Source of the DNA: Anaerolineales bacterium UBA6092
Lineage (GTDB): Bacteria > Chloroflexota > Anaerolineae > Anaerolineales > UBA4823
DNA: 64,000 nucleotides
NCBI GenBank assembly: GCA_002428565.1
Contig: DIXA01000058.1
Location: 51,570 to 115,569, forward strand
Reading direction: 5' to 3'
Every line of letters begins with the position of its first letter. The stretch's first letter is position 1. Below the pieces are notes generated by a model. It was not told the DNA's origin and made no database searches. It saw only the letters and a program-made list of their open reading frames with translations. The position numbers and the translations under genes are program-made. Below are positions 26,273-43,615 of the stretch, one piece after another.

Positions 26273-29076
26273 CACCATTCCGGCGTTTGACACTATTTGC
26301 AGGCCTGGGCGATGTGCTGTTGCTGGCAACAGCGGCGGGATTGTATTTCTACTTCGGCCAGACCTCCTACTTGATCTTGGCGGGCCTGGTGGCTGCTCTC
26401 CTGGCATCTAAACTGATCGGCTATACGGTGGCGCGCTCTACGGGTCGTGAAGAACTTGGCCTGCTCATCTACAGCCTGGCGTACAGCCTGATTATTGCAT
26501 TGCCGGTGTTGTGGTTCACAGATTATTGGTGGGTGGGCCTGATCATAGGAGTCTTGCTGACCATGCTGCCCTGGTTGGGCGGTCAGCCCAGGCTTGCGGT
26601 TCCGCTGGTGCTGCTGGCTTTGTTCAGCACGGCGTTGATGCTGGTATTGGATATCTGGCTGATTGGGGGCGAGCGGATGAACCTGGTTCGCAACCCCTGG
26701 CTGGCAGTGTTGATGGCGGTGGGCTATGTGGCGCTGGTGCTGCTGCCTGGCTTGTTCAGTTCCACCCGCCTCGGCGAGGAAAAAACGGGCGTGTTCCCCC
26801 GTCTGTTGTCATGGTTCTTGGGTGTGGCGGTGATCGCAGCCGTGGTGGTGATGGTGGTGATCTTGTGGCAGGCAAACCGTCTGCAAGTGGAACAGAGCGG
26901 GGTGCAAAACCTGCGCCTGGCAAACCAGCAGGCGGAACGAGCAGGCAACCTGCTGGAAGAGCGGTTGGCCACGCTGCAATTACTTTGGCATTCCGCCACG
27001 GTGGTAAACGGCATCAATGCAGCAAACACCTATTATGGGTATACGATTGCCAGCCCAGAAACCCGGATGGATTTACGAGCAAGAAACACAGAATGGCAGA
27101 CGGCAGCCGTCAACAGCGAGCTGGTACGGCAGTATCTTCTTAACGAGGAAACCCAGGCGCTGACGCGTTTTGTCAACGCCCACCCCGAATACCTCACCCT
27201 GATCGTAACAGACAAGTTGGGCGGGTTGGTGGCGGCGACGGGCGGCAAGCCGGAGCTTTTCTTCTACGGTGATGAGGCCTGGTGGCAGGCCGCCATGCAA
27301 GGCGCCGACGGTGCTTATGTGGGAAACCTGGCATACGACGAAAAATCAGGTACCTACACCGTGCTGATCGCCATAACGGTGAAAGATCCCTCCACGGTGG
27401 GCGAGGGCGCCAGCCCCAACCAGGGCGCGGTGGTGGGCCTGCTGGCCTCCACGCTTGACCTTCGCCCGATCCAGTTGGGCTTGCAGGATCGCCCGGCTGG
27501 TTTTAGCGGGCAGCTGGGCTTGATCAGTCCCGACGGGCAAGTGCTGGCAGGGGCAGATCTTGCCGCGGTGCAGGCAGCCTGGGACGAACTTCCCGCCTCA
27601 GCGTTTTTGGTGGATCAGACCTCGACCTGGGGTTTCATCTCTGGCATCCTGGGTGAACGGGTGATGATCGCACACTCTCCATTAAAGACCACCAGCGGCG
27701 ATTATCTCACCGTGCTGAAGAACCTGGGCTGGCAGATGGTGGCATTCCAGAGCGAGAACAGCATCCTGGCTGGATTGAACCAGATCATGCAGATTGCCAC
27801 CCTGGCTGCCGTGGCGGCGCTGGCACTGGCAGTATGGGCTTCCTGGCGGGCGGCTGCGCAAATTCGTAAGCCCATCTCTGCGCTGACCGATACCGTGCAG
27901 ACGGTGACCCAGGGAAACCTGGACCAGCATCTGCCGCCGGGCGGGCTGGTGGAATGGAACCAGCTTTCGGACACCTTCAACCAGATGCTGACCCGCTTGC
28001 AGCAAACCCTGGCGGACAAGGATCGCCAGGTGGCTGCCAGTGCCGAAGTGTTGGAAGAGCGCACGCGGCAGATCCAGGCGGCGGCAGAGGTAGGCCGGTC
28101 GGCGGCCTCGATCTTGAATGCGGATGAGTTGATCCAAGAAGTGGTGGGATTTATCCGCAGCCGTTTCAACCTGTACTATGTGGGCTTGTTCCTGGTAGAT
28201 GAAACCGGCGAGTGGGCAATGCTGCGAGCCGGAACGGGCGAGGCCGGCAAGATCATGCAGGCGCGCGGGCACCGCATCCGGGTGGGGCAGGGTATGATCG
28301 GCTGGAGCATTGCCAACCAGTTGGCGCGCGTGGCTGGTGAGGCTGGCGCCGATGCGGTGCGCCTGGCTACCGCCGAGCTGCCCGAGACGCGTGCGGAGGC
28401 GGCGCTGCCTCTGATCTCGCGCGGTCGTGTGATTGGCGCGCTGACGGTGCAAAGCGGGCAAGAAGGCTTCTTTACCGAGTCTACGGTGGTTGTGCTGCAG
28501 ACCATGGCAGATCAGGTGGCAGTGGCGTTGGATAACGCCCGCCTGTTTGCCGAGAGCCAGTTGGCTTTGGATGCCCTGCGCCGCTCTTACGGCGAAGTCA
28601 GTGGCCGAGAATGGGTGGGTATGATGCGCACCCGGCAGATTCCTGGGTATTCTAGCGACGAGCGCGGTGTTTATCCGGTGAAAGAGGATGCCACCGCCGG
28701 CAGCAAGGGTGCAAAGAAAGGCGATCTGGAGATCCCGGTGAAGGTGCGCGATCAGGTTTTGGGCATGCTGACGGCAGCCAAGCCGAAGGGAGGCAGCGAA
28801 TGGAGCGAAGAGGAAGTGGCGCTGTTAGAAACTTTGGCCGGCGAATTGAGCGTGGCGCTGGAGAATGCCCGTCTTTATGAGAGCACCCAACGCCGTGCGG
28901 AACGCGAGCGCGTGCTGGCAGATATTACTGCCAAGGTGCGCTCTTCGACCGATATCAACGTGATCCTGCAAACGGCCATCCAGGAACTGGCCGATGCGCT
29001 GCGCGTCTCTCGCGGCAAGATCGAGCTGCACCAGGCAGACATCGACGGTGAGAACGGAGGCAACACGGATGATTGA
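26269..29076 (+). CDS. Multi-TM-Cache-TM-HAMP-S-helix-GAF receptor, no output domain
   Basis: ATGA overlap with the upstream gene. About 6 N-terminal TM helices. Extracytoplasmic domain of about 330 aa. HAMP-like (QIRKPISALTDTVQTVTQGNLD...LSDTFNQMLTRL); A-type GAF (RFNLYYVGLFLVDETGEWAMLRAGTGEAG...VIGALTVQSGQEGFF); half-GAF (EWSEEEVALLETLAGELSVALENARLY); tail ERERVLADITAKVRSSTDINVILQTAIQELADALR. Confidence 0.86.
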   Translation: MTPFRRLTLFAGLGDVLLLATAAGLYFYFGQTSYLILAGLVAALLASKLIGYTVARSTGREELGLLIYSLAYSLIIALPVLWFTDYWWVGLIIGVLLTMLPWLGGQPRLAVPLVLLALFSTALMLVLDIWLIGGERMNLVRNPWLAVLMAVGYVALVLLPGLFSSTRLGEEKTGVFPRLLSWFLGVAVIAAVVVMVVILWQANRLQVEQSGVQNLRLANQQAERAGNLLEERLATLQLLWHSATVVNGINAANTYYGYTIASPETRMDLRARNTEWQTAAVNSELVRQYLLNEETQALTRFVNAHPEYLTLIVTDKLGGLVAATGGKPELFFYGDEAWWQAAMQGADGAYVGNLAYDEKSGTYTVLIAITVKDPSTVGEGASPNQGAVVGLLASTLDLRPIQLGLQDRPAGFSGQLGLISPDGQVLAGADLAAVQAAWDELPASAFLVDQTSTWGFISGILGERVMIAHSPLKTTSGDYLTVLKNLGWQMVAFQSENSILAGLNQIMQIATLAAVAALALAVWASWRAAAQIRKPISALTDTVQTVTQGNLDQHLPPGGLVEWNQLSDTFNQMLTRLQQTLADKDRQVAASAEVLEERTRQIQAAAEVGRSAASILNADELIQEVVGFIRSRFNLYYVGLFLVDETGEWAMLRAGTGEAGKIMQARGHRIRVGQGMIGWSIANQLARVAGEAGADAVRLATAELPETRAEAALPLISRGRVIGALTVQSGQEGFFTESTVVVLQTMADQVAVALDNARLFAESQLALDALRRSYGEVSGREWVGMMRTRQIPGYSSDERGVYPVKEDATAGSKGAKKGDLEIPVKVRDQVLGMLTAAKPKGGSEWSEEEVALLETLAGELSVALENARLYESTQRRAERERVLADITAKVRSSTDINVILQTAIQELADALRVSRGKIELHQADIDGENGGNTDD

Positions 29077-31945
29077 AATACAAGAACTCACCCGTAAGAA
29101 AAATAAGTCCAGCCTGGCCGCGTTGCGCGACCGGCTTCAGAGTGCTCTGTCAGACCAGCGGAGAAACGCCTGGTGGGTTATGGGCGGGGTCATTGCATTA
29201 GCCACCATTGCGCTGATGGTTTATTTGTATGTGGCTTTACAGAACAACGTATGGCAGTACTATGGCCTGGTGGGGGCGGCGCTGTTGCTGATCGTGGCTT
29301 GTGTGGCTGGCATCTTGCTTTCTCGTCGCGGCCAGACGATACGGGGCATCTGGTTAATGCTGTTCCTGGGGGTGGTCGCTCTGGCAATCAGCCCGTTGTT
29401 TGTTGCAAACGTGGGCATCTGGTATGCTGGTGTGATCGTTCTGTCAACACTTGTCGTTAGCACGTTATGCCTGCCTTCGCGGCAGGGGAACTGGGCCAAC
29501 CTGTTAGGCGTACTGGGTGGCATCGGCGCCTTACTGAGCGATAGCTTTTTGGATGTTTTTCAGGTTGCTTCGCCTGCGCTGCTGCTGTATCTATTGTACT
29601 TTTTAATGGGTTTCATGGCGGTGGGTTACCTTTTTACCCTGGTTGTTTTCTTCACAACCTTTGACTTGCGGGCCAAGATCACGGTGACCATGTTTTCAAC
29701 AGCCGTGCTCTCGATCATCGCAGTATCTGTCATCAATAATATTACTACCCGCCGGGAATTGGTAAGTGCGGTGAACCAGACTTTGCTGGTGGCAGCGAAT
29801 TACACGGCTCGCAATGTGGATGAGTACCTTGATGAAATCGCCCTCCAGATGGGCATGGACGCGCTTTCACCATACTTGTCGGATCACCTTGCCTTGTTGG
29901 AAGAAGAGCAAATAGAACAGCAACAGACTGCTAGCATCTTCATGCTCTCGCTGCGCTCGCGCACGGGCGCGCAGCAATATGTGCTTCTGGATCGCAGTGG
30001 GAAGGTGGTGCTGCACACGCAGTACAGCAACCATGCAGATGTTGCGCAGCTGCCCGTTTACCTGGGATTGAGCGATGCAGACCGGAACACGTTTCTGATC
30101 TCGGTCCTTTCGGGTGTGCCTTTCTACTCGTCGGTGATCTTCCCTGATCAGGGTGAGCCGTATTTCTATGTTGGCCAGCGCATTTTGGATGCGGATAAAA
30201 AACCAGCAGGCCTGCTGATGGCCAGTTATCCGCTTGCGGCTGTGCAGACGTTAGTGAGGGAGAGCAAAGGCCTGGCAGGCGAGGGGTCGTATGGTGTGCT
30301 GCTGAGCGGTGATTATCTGCGCATCGCTCAGAGTGGTTCGCAAGAGGGGCTTTATCAACTGGTCGTTCCGCTTTCTGATGCGGAGATGGAGAAGATGAAG
30401 GCCAGCCACGATCTGCCCAATAGGCCCCTGGAGGAATTGGCCACCGATTTTCCGGAGTTCAAAGCCGGCCTGGATAACATCACTTCCACACCTTTCTTTG
30501 CCTCGCGCGAGGTTGGGACAGGGGATGACGTGAACTCGATGGCGGTGCTGCGGCTGGAATCACAGGGATGGCTGATGGTGTTCATGCAGCCGCAGTCGAT
30601 CATCCTGCGCCCGGTGGAGGATCAAACACGCACGATCGTGCTCTTTGCTTCGATTATAGCCGGGTTGACGGTGCTGACCGCCACGGGGCTGGCACAGCTC
30701 CTTTCGCGGCCGATTGTGCGCCTGACGGGTGTGGCTGAAAAGGCTGCCGCAGGCGACTGGAGCCAGGAGGCCGAAGCCCAAGGTCAGGATGAGATCGGCA
30801 AGCTGGCCAATGCCTTCAATATCATGACCGGTCAATTGCGGCAGACATTTGAAGAACTGGAAACGCGCGTCGATCAGCGCACCGCCGAACTGGCGCACAC
30901 CTCTGAGCAGATGGAGTATCGTGCTCAGCGCCTGCAAAAAGTGGCCGAGGTGACGCATGTTATTGCTGCTGAGCAAAACCCAGACAAACTGCTCACCCTG
31001 GCAACCCAGACGATCAGTGAACAGTTTGACTATTACCATGTGGGCGTTTTTCTGCTGGATAAGGATGAAGAATATGCCGTGTTGCAGGCGGCGAATTCTG
31101 CCGGCGGGCAGCGCATGCTGGCGCGCGGCCACCGTTTGAAGGTTGGCGAGGTGGGCATTGTGGGGTATGTGACCAAGAAAGGGCAGCCCCGCATCGCTCT
31201 GGATGTGGGCGAGGATGCGGTGTTCTTTGATAACCCCGATCTGCCCCAAACTCGCTCTGAGATTGCCCTGCCGCTGAAGATCGGCTCGCGGGTGATCGGC
31301 GCCCTGGATGTGCAAAGCACCGAATCAGGCGCGTTCAGCGGAGATGATACGGCTTTGCTCTCCACCCTGGCAGACCAGGTGGCTATGGCGATCCAAAACG
31401 CCCGCCTTTTTGGCGAGACACAGCGAGCGCTGCGCGAACTGCAAACTGCCCAACGCCAGTACATCCGCCAGGAATGGATGAGCATGGCAGCAGAGAAGCC
31501 GCAAACCGGCTATCAGTACCTTTTTGGCAACCTGCAGCCGGTGGGCAGCGCGGCAGTGCAGACGCTGGAAGCCGGTGATGATGAAGCTCGGATGATCAGG
31601 TTAGAGGCAGGCGAGGAACCCCTGGAAATCCCCATTTCCCTGCGCGGCCAGGTGATTGGCAACATTCAAATGGGCGGGCCAGAAGACCTGCGCAACTGGA
31701 GCGAAGAAGAGATCCAACTGGCGCAGGCTGTGGCTGACCAGGTGGGCCTGGCGCTGGAAAATGCCCGTCTGCTGGAAGTGACCCAGCGGCGTGCTGAGCG
31801 CGAGCGCACGGTTGCCGAGATCACCACCAAGCTGCGCGCCACCAATGATCCGCAGGCCATCCTCGATGCGGCGGTATCTGAGTTGCGGACGGCCCTGCGC
31901 GCCAAGACAGTGCGGGTGAGCATCCAAAAGAAAGATGGGAGTTGA
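29069..31945 (+). CDS. 7TM-Cache-TM-HAMP-S-helix-GAF receptor, no output domain
   Basis: I chose ATG 29069 (GGAGG 8 nt upstream, 8-nt overlap with the upstream stop); the ORF-track start is 28994. About 7 TM helices. Extracytoplasmic domain. HAMP (IGKLANAFNIMTGQL); VDQRTAELAHTSEQMEYRAQRLQKVAEV; A-type GAF (QFDYYHVGVFLLDKDEEYAVLQAANSAGG...VIGALDVQSTESGAF); half-GAF (NWSEEEIQLAQAVADQVGLALENARLL); tail ERERTVAEITTKLRATNDPQAILDAAVSELRTALR. Confidence 0.87.
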   Translation: MIEIQELTRKKNKSSLAALRDRLQSALSDQRRNAWWVMGGVIALATIALMVYLYVALQNNVWQYYGLVGAALLLIVACVAGILLSRRGQTIRGIWLMLFLGVVALAISPLFVANVGIWYAGVIVLSTLVVSTLCLPSRQGNWANLLGVLGGIGALLSDSFLDVFQVASPALLLYLLYFLMGFMAVGYLFTLVVFFTTFDLRAKITVTMFSTAVLSIIAVSVINNITTRRELVSAVNQTLLVAANYTARNVDEYLDEIALQMGMDALSPYLSDHLALLEEEQIEQQQTASIFMLSLRSRTGAQQYVLLDRSGKVVLHTQYSNHADVAQLPVYLGLSDADRNTFLISVLSGVPFYSSVIFPDQGEPYFYVGQRILDADKKPAGLLMASYPLAAVQTLVRESKGLAGEGSYGVLLSGDYLRIAQSGSQEGLYQLVVPLSDAEMEKMKASHDLPNRPLEELATDFPEFKAGLDNITSTPFFASREVGTGDDVNSMAVLRLESQGWLMVFMQPQSIILRPVEDQTRTIVLFASIIAGLTVLTATGLAQLLSRPIVRLTGVAEKAAAGDWSQEAEAQGQDEIGKLANAFNIMTGQLRQTFEELETRVDQRTAELAHTSEQMEYRAQRLQKVAEVTHVIAAEQNPDKLLTLATQTISEQFDYYHVGVFLLDKDEEYAVLQAANSAGGQRMLARGHRLKVGEVGIVGYVTKKGQPRIALDVGEDAVFFDNPDLPQTRSEIALPLKIGSRVIGALDVQSTESGAFSGDDTALLSTLADQVAMAIQNARLFGETQRALRELQTAQRQYIRQEWMSMAAEKPQTGYQYLFGNLQPVGSAAVQTLEAGDDEARMIRLEAGEEPLEIPISLRGQVIGNIQMGGPEDLRNWSEEEIQLAQAVADQVGLALENARLLEVTQRRAERERTVAEITTKLRATNDPQAILDAAVSELRTALRAKTVRVSIQKKDGS

Positions 31946-32701
31946 CCATGCAAGTCATCGCAATTGCTAACGAAAAAGGTGGCGTAGCCAAAACCACCAC
32001 GGTTATATCTTTGGCAGGGGCGTTGGTGCAGGCTGGGTACGGCGTGCTGGCGATCGACCTGGATGCCCAGGCGAACCTGACCCTGGGCCTGGGCTTACAG
32101 CCAGCCCGGCTGCGCCGCTCGGTGGCAGATGTGCTGCTGAACTCGGCGGCATTGCTGAGCGTGAGCCGAGAAACCAGCGTTTCAGGCTTAGACGTGGTGC
32201 CCGCCAATGCCGACATGGGCCTGGCAGAGCGTTTTCTGCCTGTGCGCCAGAATTATGAGTACATTTTACAGAATGCGCTGCGCGACAGCCCTGGCCTGGC
32301 AGCCTATCATTATGTGCTGCTAGACTGCCCGCCCTCGCTGGGCGCAGTGACCACCAATGCCCTGACGGCAGCCAATCTGGTGATTGCGCCCACCCAGCCG
32401 GAGTATTTCTCGGCTTACGGTTTGCGCAGCCTGATGGCGACCATCCGCCGGGTGCGCAGCCAGAGCAACGCTGCCCTGTCTTATTATGTGCTCATCACGA
32501 TGATGGATCGCCGCAACCGCATCCACCGTACCTTGTGTGAACAATTGCAGGTCACGTTTGGAGAAGGTTTGTTGAAGACGATCATTGAGGTGGATACCAA
32601 GCTGCGTGAGAGCACGGTAGCCGGTATGCCCATCACCCATTATTTCCCCAAGAGCCGCAGTGCCATGCAGTACACTGCCCTTGCCCAGGAGTTGGTGAAT
32701 C

Positions 32702-40918
<8,217 letters not shown>

Positions 40919-40948
40919 TCCGTGAGCGAAACGGAGGAAAGAAAGATC

Positions 40949-42640
40949 ATGCCATCTCACGTTATGGTTGAATGCCTGGACTGCGGGCATCGTGCGCCAT
41001 TTGTACCGGCTTCGGTGGCCTGCCCCTCTTGTGGCGGGCAGTGGCGAGAAGCGCGCTATCCCTATGACACCCTGAAGGCTACGCTGCCCGACCTGTTCCG
41101 CGCGCGGCCTTTCGATCTTTGGCGTTACCGCGAAGTGCTGCCCGTGCAGGGGCCAAACCCGCTGATCAGCATGGGCGAGGGAGGCACGCCGCTGATCCAT
41201 GCTGCCAACCTGGGCATGATGCTGGGCTGTCCGCATATTTTTATCAAAGATGAGCGGCAAGGCCCCACGGCGTCTTTCAAGGACCGCCAGGCTGCCATCA
41301 GTATCGCCGCGCTGAAAGATGCCGGGATCACCGAAGCGGTGCTGGCTTCGACCGGGAATGTGGCGATTGCTTACTCGGCTTACGCGGCCCGGGCGGGCAT
41401 CAAGCTGTGGACCTTCCTGACCAGCCTGGTGCCGGCTGAAAAGATGCGCGAGGTGGCGATCTACGGCTCGCAGGTGGTGAAGGTGACCGCCTCGTATGAC
41501 CAGACCAAGCAAGTGGCAGCTGAGTTCGCCCGGCAGCGCGGCCTGTACCTGGAGCGCGGCTCGCGCTCGATCCCTTCAGTGGAGGGGATGAAAACCATTG
41601 CGTATGAGCTTGTGGAACAACTGACGGATATCTTTGGGCCGCCCATCCCGGCAGAGAACCATGCTTCCTCGCGCTATGTCTGGCGGGCGCCAGATTGGTA
41701 TGTGCAGGCGGTCAGCGGCGGCTTAGGGCCGCACGGGGTGCAGAAGGGCTTTGAAGAGCTGTACCAGATGGGGCTGATCGACCGCCTGCCTGCCATGGCC
41801 AATATCCAGACGGACGGCTGTGCGCCGATGGTGCACGCCTGGCGCTTGGGCCAGGATACGGCTGATCCGATCCGCTCGCCGCGCACGCACATTGCCACAC
41901 TCTCCACCGGCGACCCCGGGCGCACTTATACCCTGCTGCGCCAGCGCATGCTGCAAGGCGGCGGTGGCGTCTTTGAGAGCGTAACCGACGAGGAGGCTTT
42001 CCGCACCATTCATATCCTGGCAAAGATGGAAGGCCTTTCGGTAGAGCCGGCCGCGGCGGTGGCCTTTGCGGGAGTGGTCAAGATGGTGCGGGCGGGCGTG
42101 ATCAAACCCACCGATGTGGTGGCGGTGAACTGCTCGGGCCACACCATGGCGATCGAGAAAATGATCCTGGGCGAGGGCTGGTCGCGGGATGTGGAAGTCT
42201 CGGCAGAGGTGATGCGCGATAAGCCGGAGGAAGGCTTGTTGGCGGCATTGAGCCGGGTGACCTCCGAGCGCTTCCCGCGCGTGGCGATTGTGGATGATAC
42301 ACCCGATGCGCGCCGCCTGATCCGGCGCATCTTGCAGGCCCAGGGCGATTACGTACTCTCAGAGGCCTCCAATGGGCATGAGGCGCTGGAGCTGGCGCGG
42401 CGCGAACACCCCGACCTGATCATCCTGGACCTGATGATGCCAGAGGTGGATGGCTTCACGGTGTTGGATCAACTCAAGGGCGATCCGCAAACCGCCTCGA
42501 TCCCGGTGATCGTTGTTACGGCGAAGGAACTGACCACGGAGGAGAAAGCGCGCTTACAAGGCCGTATTCACTCGTTGATGCAGAAGGGGGAATTCATGAA
42601 CGATGAATTTCTTGATGAAGTGATGACGCTGTTAAAGTAA
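40949..42640 (+). CDS. Threonine-synthase-like PLP-dependent enzyme (PALP fold, N-terminal zinc ribbon) fused to a C-terminal response-regulator receiver
   Basis: ATG 40949 has GGAGGA 9 nt upstream; GTG 40922 is an alternative start. Ribbon CLDCGH...CPSCGG. PLP-lysine motif PTASFKDRQA (Lys codon 41279-41281). ASTGNVAIAYSAYAARAGIKLWTFL. Receiver from about 42278: VAIVDDTPDARR, DLIILDLMMPEVDG (Asp codon 42428-42430), VIVVTAKELT, LMQKG. Confidence 0.82.
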   Translation: MPSHVMVECLDCGHRAPFVPASVACPSCGGQWREARYPYDTLKATLPDLFRARPFDLWRYREVLPVQGPNPLISMGEGGTPLIHAANLGMMLGCPHIFIKDERQGPTASFKDRQAAISIAALKDAGITEAVLASTGNVAIAYSAYAARAGIKLWTFLTSLVPAEKMREVAIYGSQVVKVTASYDQTKQVAAEFARQRGLYLERGSRSIPSVEGMKTIAYELVEQLTDIFGPPIPAENHASSRYVWRAPDWYVQAVSGGLGPHGVQKGFEELYQMGLIDRLPAMANIQTDGCAPMVHAWRLGQDTADPIRSPRTHIATLSTGDPGRTYTLLRQRMLQGGGGVFESVTDEEAFRTIHILAKMEGLSVEPAAAVAFAGVVKMVRAGVIKPTDVVAVNCSGHTMAIEKMILGEGWSRDVEVSAEVMRDKPEEGLLAALSRVTSERFPRVAIVDDTPDARRLIRRILQAQGDYVLSEASNGHEALELARREHPDLIILDLMMPEVDGFTVLDQLKGDPQTASIPVIVVTAKELTTEEKARLQGRIHSLMQKGEFMNDEFLDEVMTLLK

Positions 42641-43581
42641 TGCGCAATAAAGGGCTTTACGCTGCACTCGCCTCGGCTGTATTTTTGGGTATGGCGCCCG
42701 TTTTTGGCAAGTACGCCATTAGCGTGGGCATGCCGCCGATGGGCGTGGTGGTGCTGCGTACTTCCCTGGCAGCCCTGCTGCTGCTGGTGGTGCTGCTGAT
42801 CTTCAAGCGGTCGTTTTTGTTTATCTACCCGGCTGGGCTGCTGGGCTGCATGCTGGCAGGCGGCATTAATGGGCTGGGCTCTATCTTTTACTACACTGCC
42901 CTGGGACGGATCGATGCCAGCCTGGGACAGCTGCTATATTCGCTTTACCCGCTGTTTGTGGTGCTCTGGCTGTGGATGGATCACCAGCCGCCCAGCCGCT
43001 TGACCATCTTCCGCCTGGGGCTGATCATCCCGGCGATATACCTGCTCACCTTTACCCGCCATCAAGTGCTGGATATCCCCGGGGTGCTGATGATGCTGGC
43101 GGCCTCGATCTTATATGCGCTGCACCTGCCCATCAACCAGCGTGTGCTCCTGGATATGCCCGCGCCCACGGTGACGTTCTACACCCTGCTGGCGATGAGC
43201 CTGGTGGTTGCCCCGGCATACTTCTTCTTCAGCAATTCGATCGGGGGCAGCCTGAATGCGGCCTGGGGCGCGGTGCTGGGCCTGACCCTGGTCACTTTCC
43301 TTTCCCGGTTGACGCTGTTCCTGGGTGTTAAGCACCTGGGAGGGGCGCAGACGGCGCTGCTGGGGTTGGGTGAGCTGCTGGTGACGCTGGTGGTGTCCCA
43401 TTTGTGGCTGGATGAGCGCCTGAGCCTGGCGCAGTGGGTGGGCGCGCTGCTGCTGGCGGTCAGCTTGGGGCTGATCGCTATGGAAAAGCCGGGGCCGCGC
43501 AAGTACTCTCGCGGCGGCTGGCTGAGCTGGCTGCGTCCTCCGGGCATTCCCAAGGATATCGCCTGGCCGCCAGGCTCGTAA
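42640..43581 (+). CDS. EamA/DMT-family 10-TM transporter
   Basis: TAATG junction with the upstream gene. Two EamA-like halves (ALASAVFLGMAPVFGKYAI..., ...AASILYALHLPINQRVL...). About 10 hydrophobic helices. Confidence 0.8.
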   Translation: MRNKGLYAALASAVFLGMAPVFGKYAISVGMPPMGVVVLRTSLAALLLLVVLLIFKRSFLFIYPAGLLGCMLAGGINGLGSIFYYTALGRIDASLGQLLYSLYPLFVVLWLWMDHQPPSRLTIFRLGLIIPAIYLLTFTRHQVLDIPGVLMMLAASILYALHLPINQRVLLDMPAPTVTFYTLLAMSLVVAPAYFFFSNSIGGSLNAAWGAVLGLTLVTFLSRLTLFLGVKHLGGAQTALLGLGELLVTLVVSHLWLDERLSLAQWVGALLLAVSLGLIAMEKPGPRKYSRGGWLSWLRPPGIPKDIAWPPGS

Positions 43582-43615
43582 CATTCTGGACGGGTTCTAA
43601 ACAAGGAGGCGTGCA

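Noticed and set aside
7685-31945. Reading the HAMP-containing receptors as methyl-accepting chemotaxis proteins, with the cluster as a chemotaxis operon
   Set aside because: None of them has the long MCP signalling hairpin or methylation helices; HAMP is followed by an S-helix and GAF domains. No CheA, CheW, CheR, CheB or CheZ is present.
40949-42277. Housekeeping threonine synthase (thrC)
   Set aside because: It is fused in frame to a receiver, sits in a signalling operon, and has no hom/thrB neighbours. I therefore call it ThrC-like rather than thrC, though only a whole-genome check can exclude the housekeeping role.
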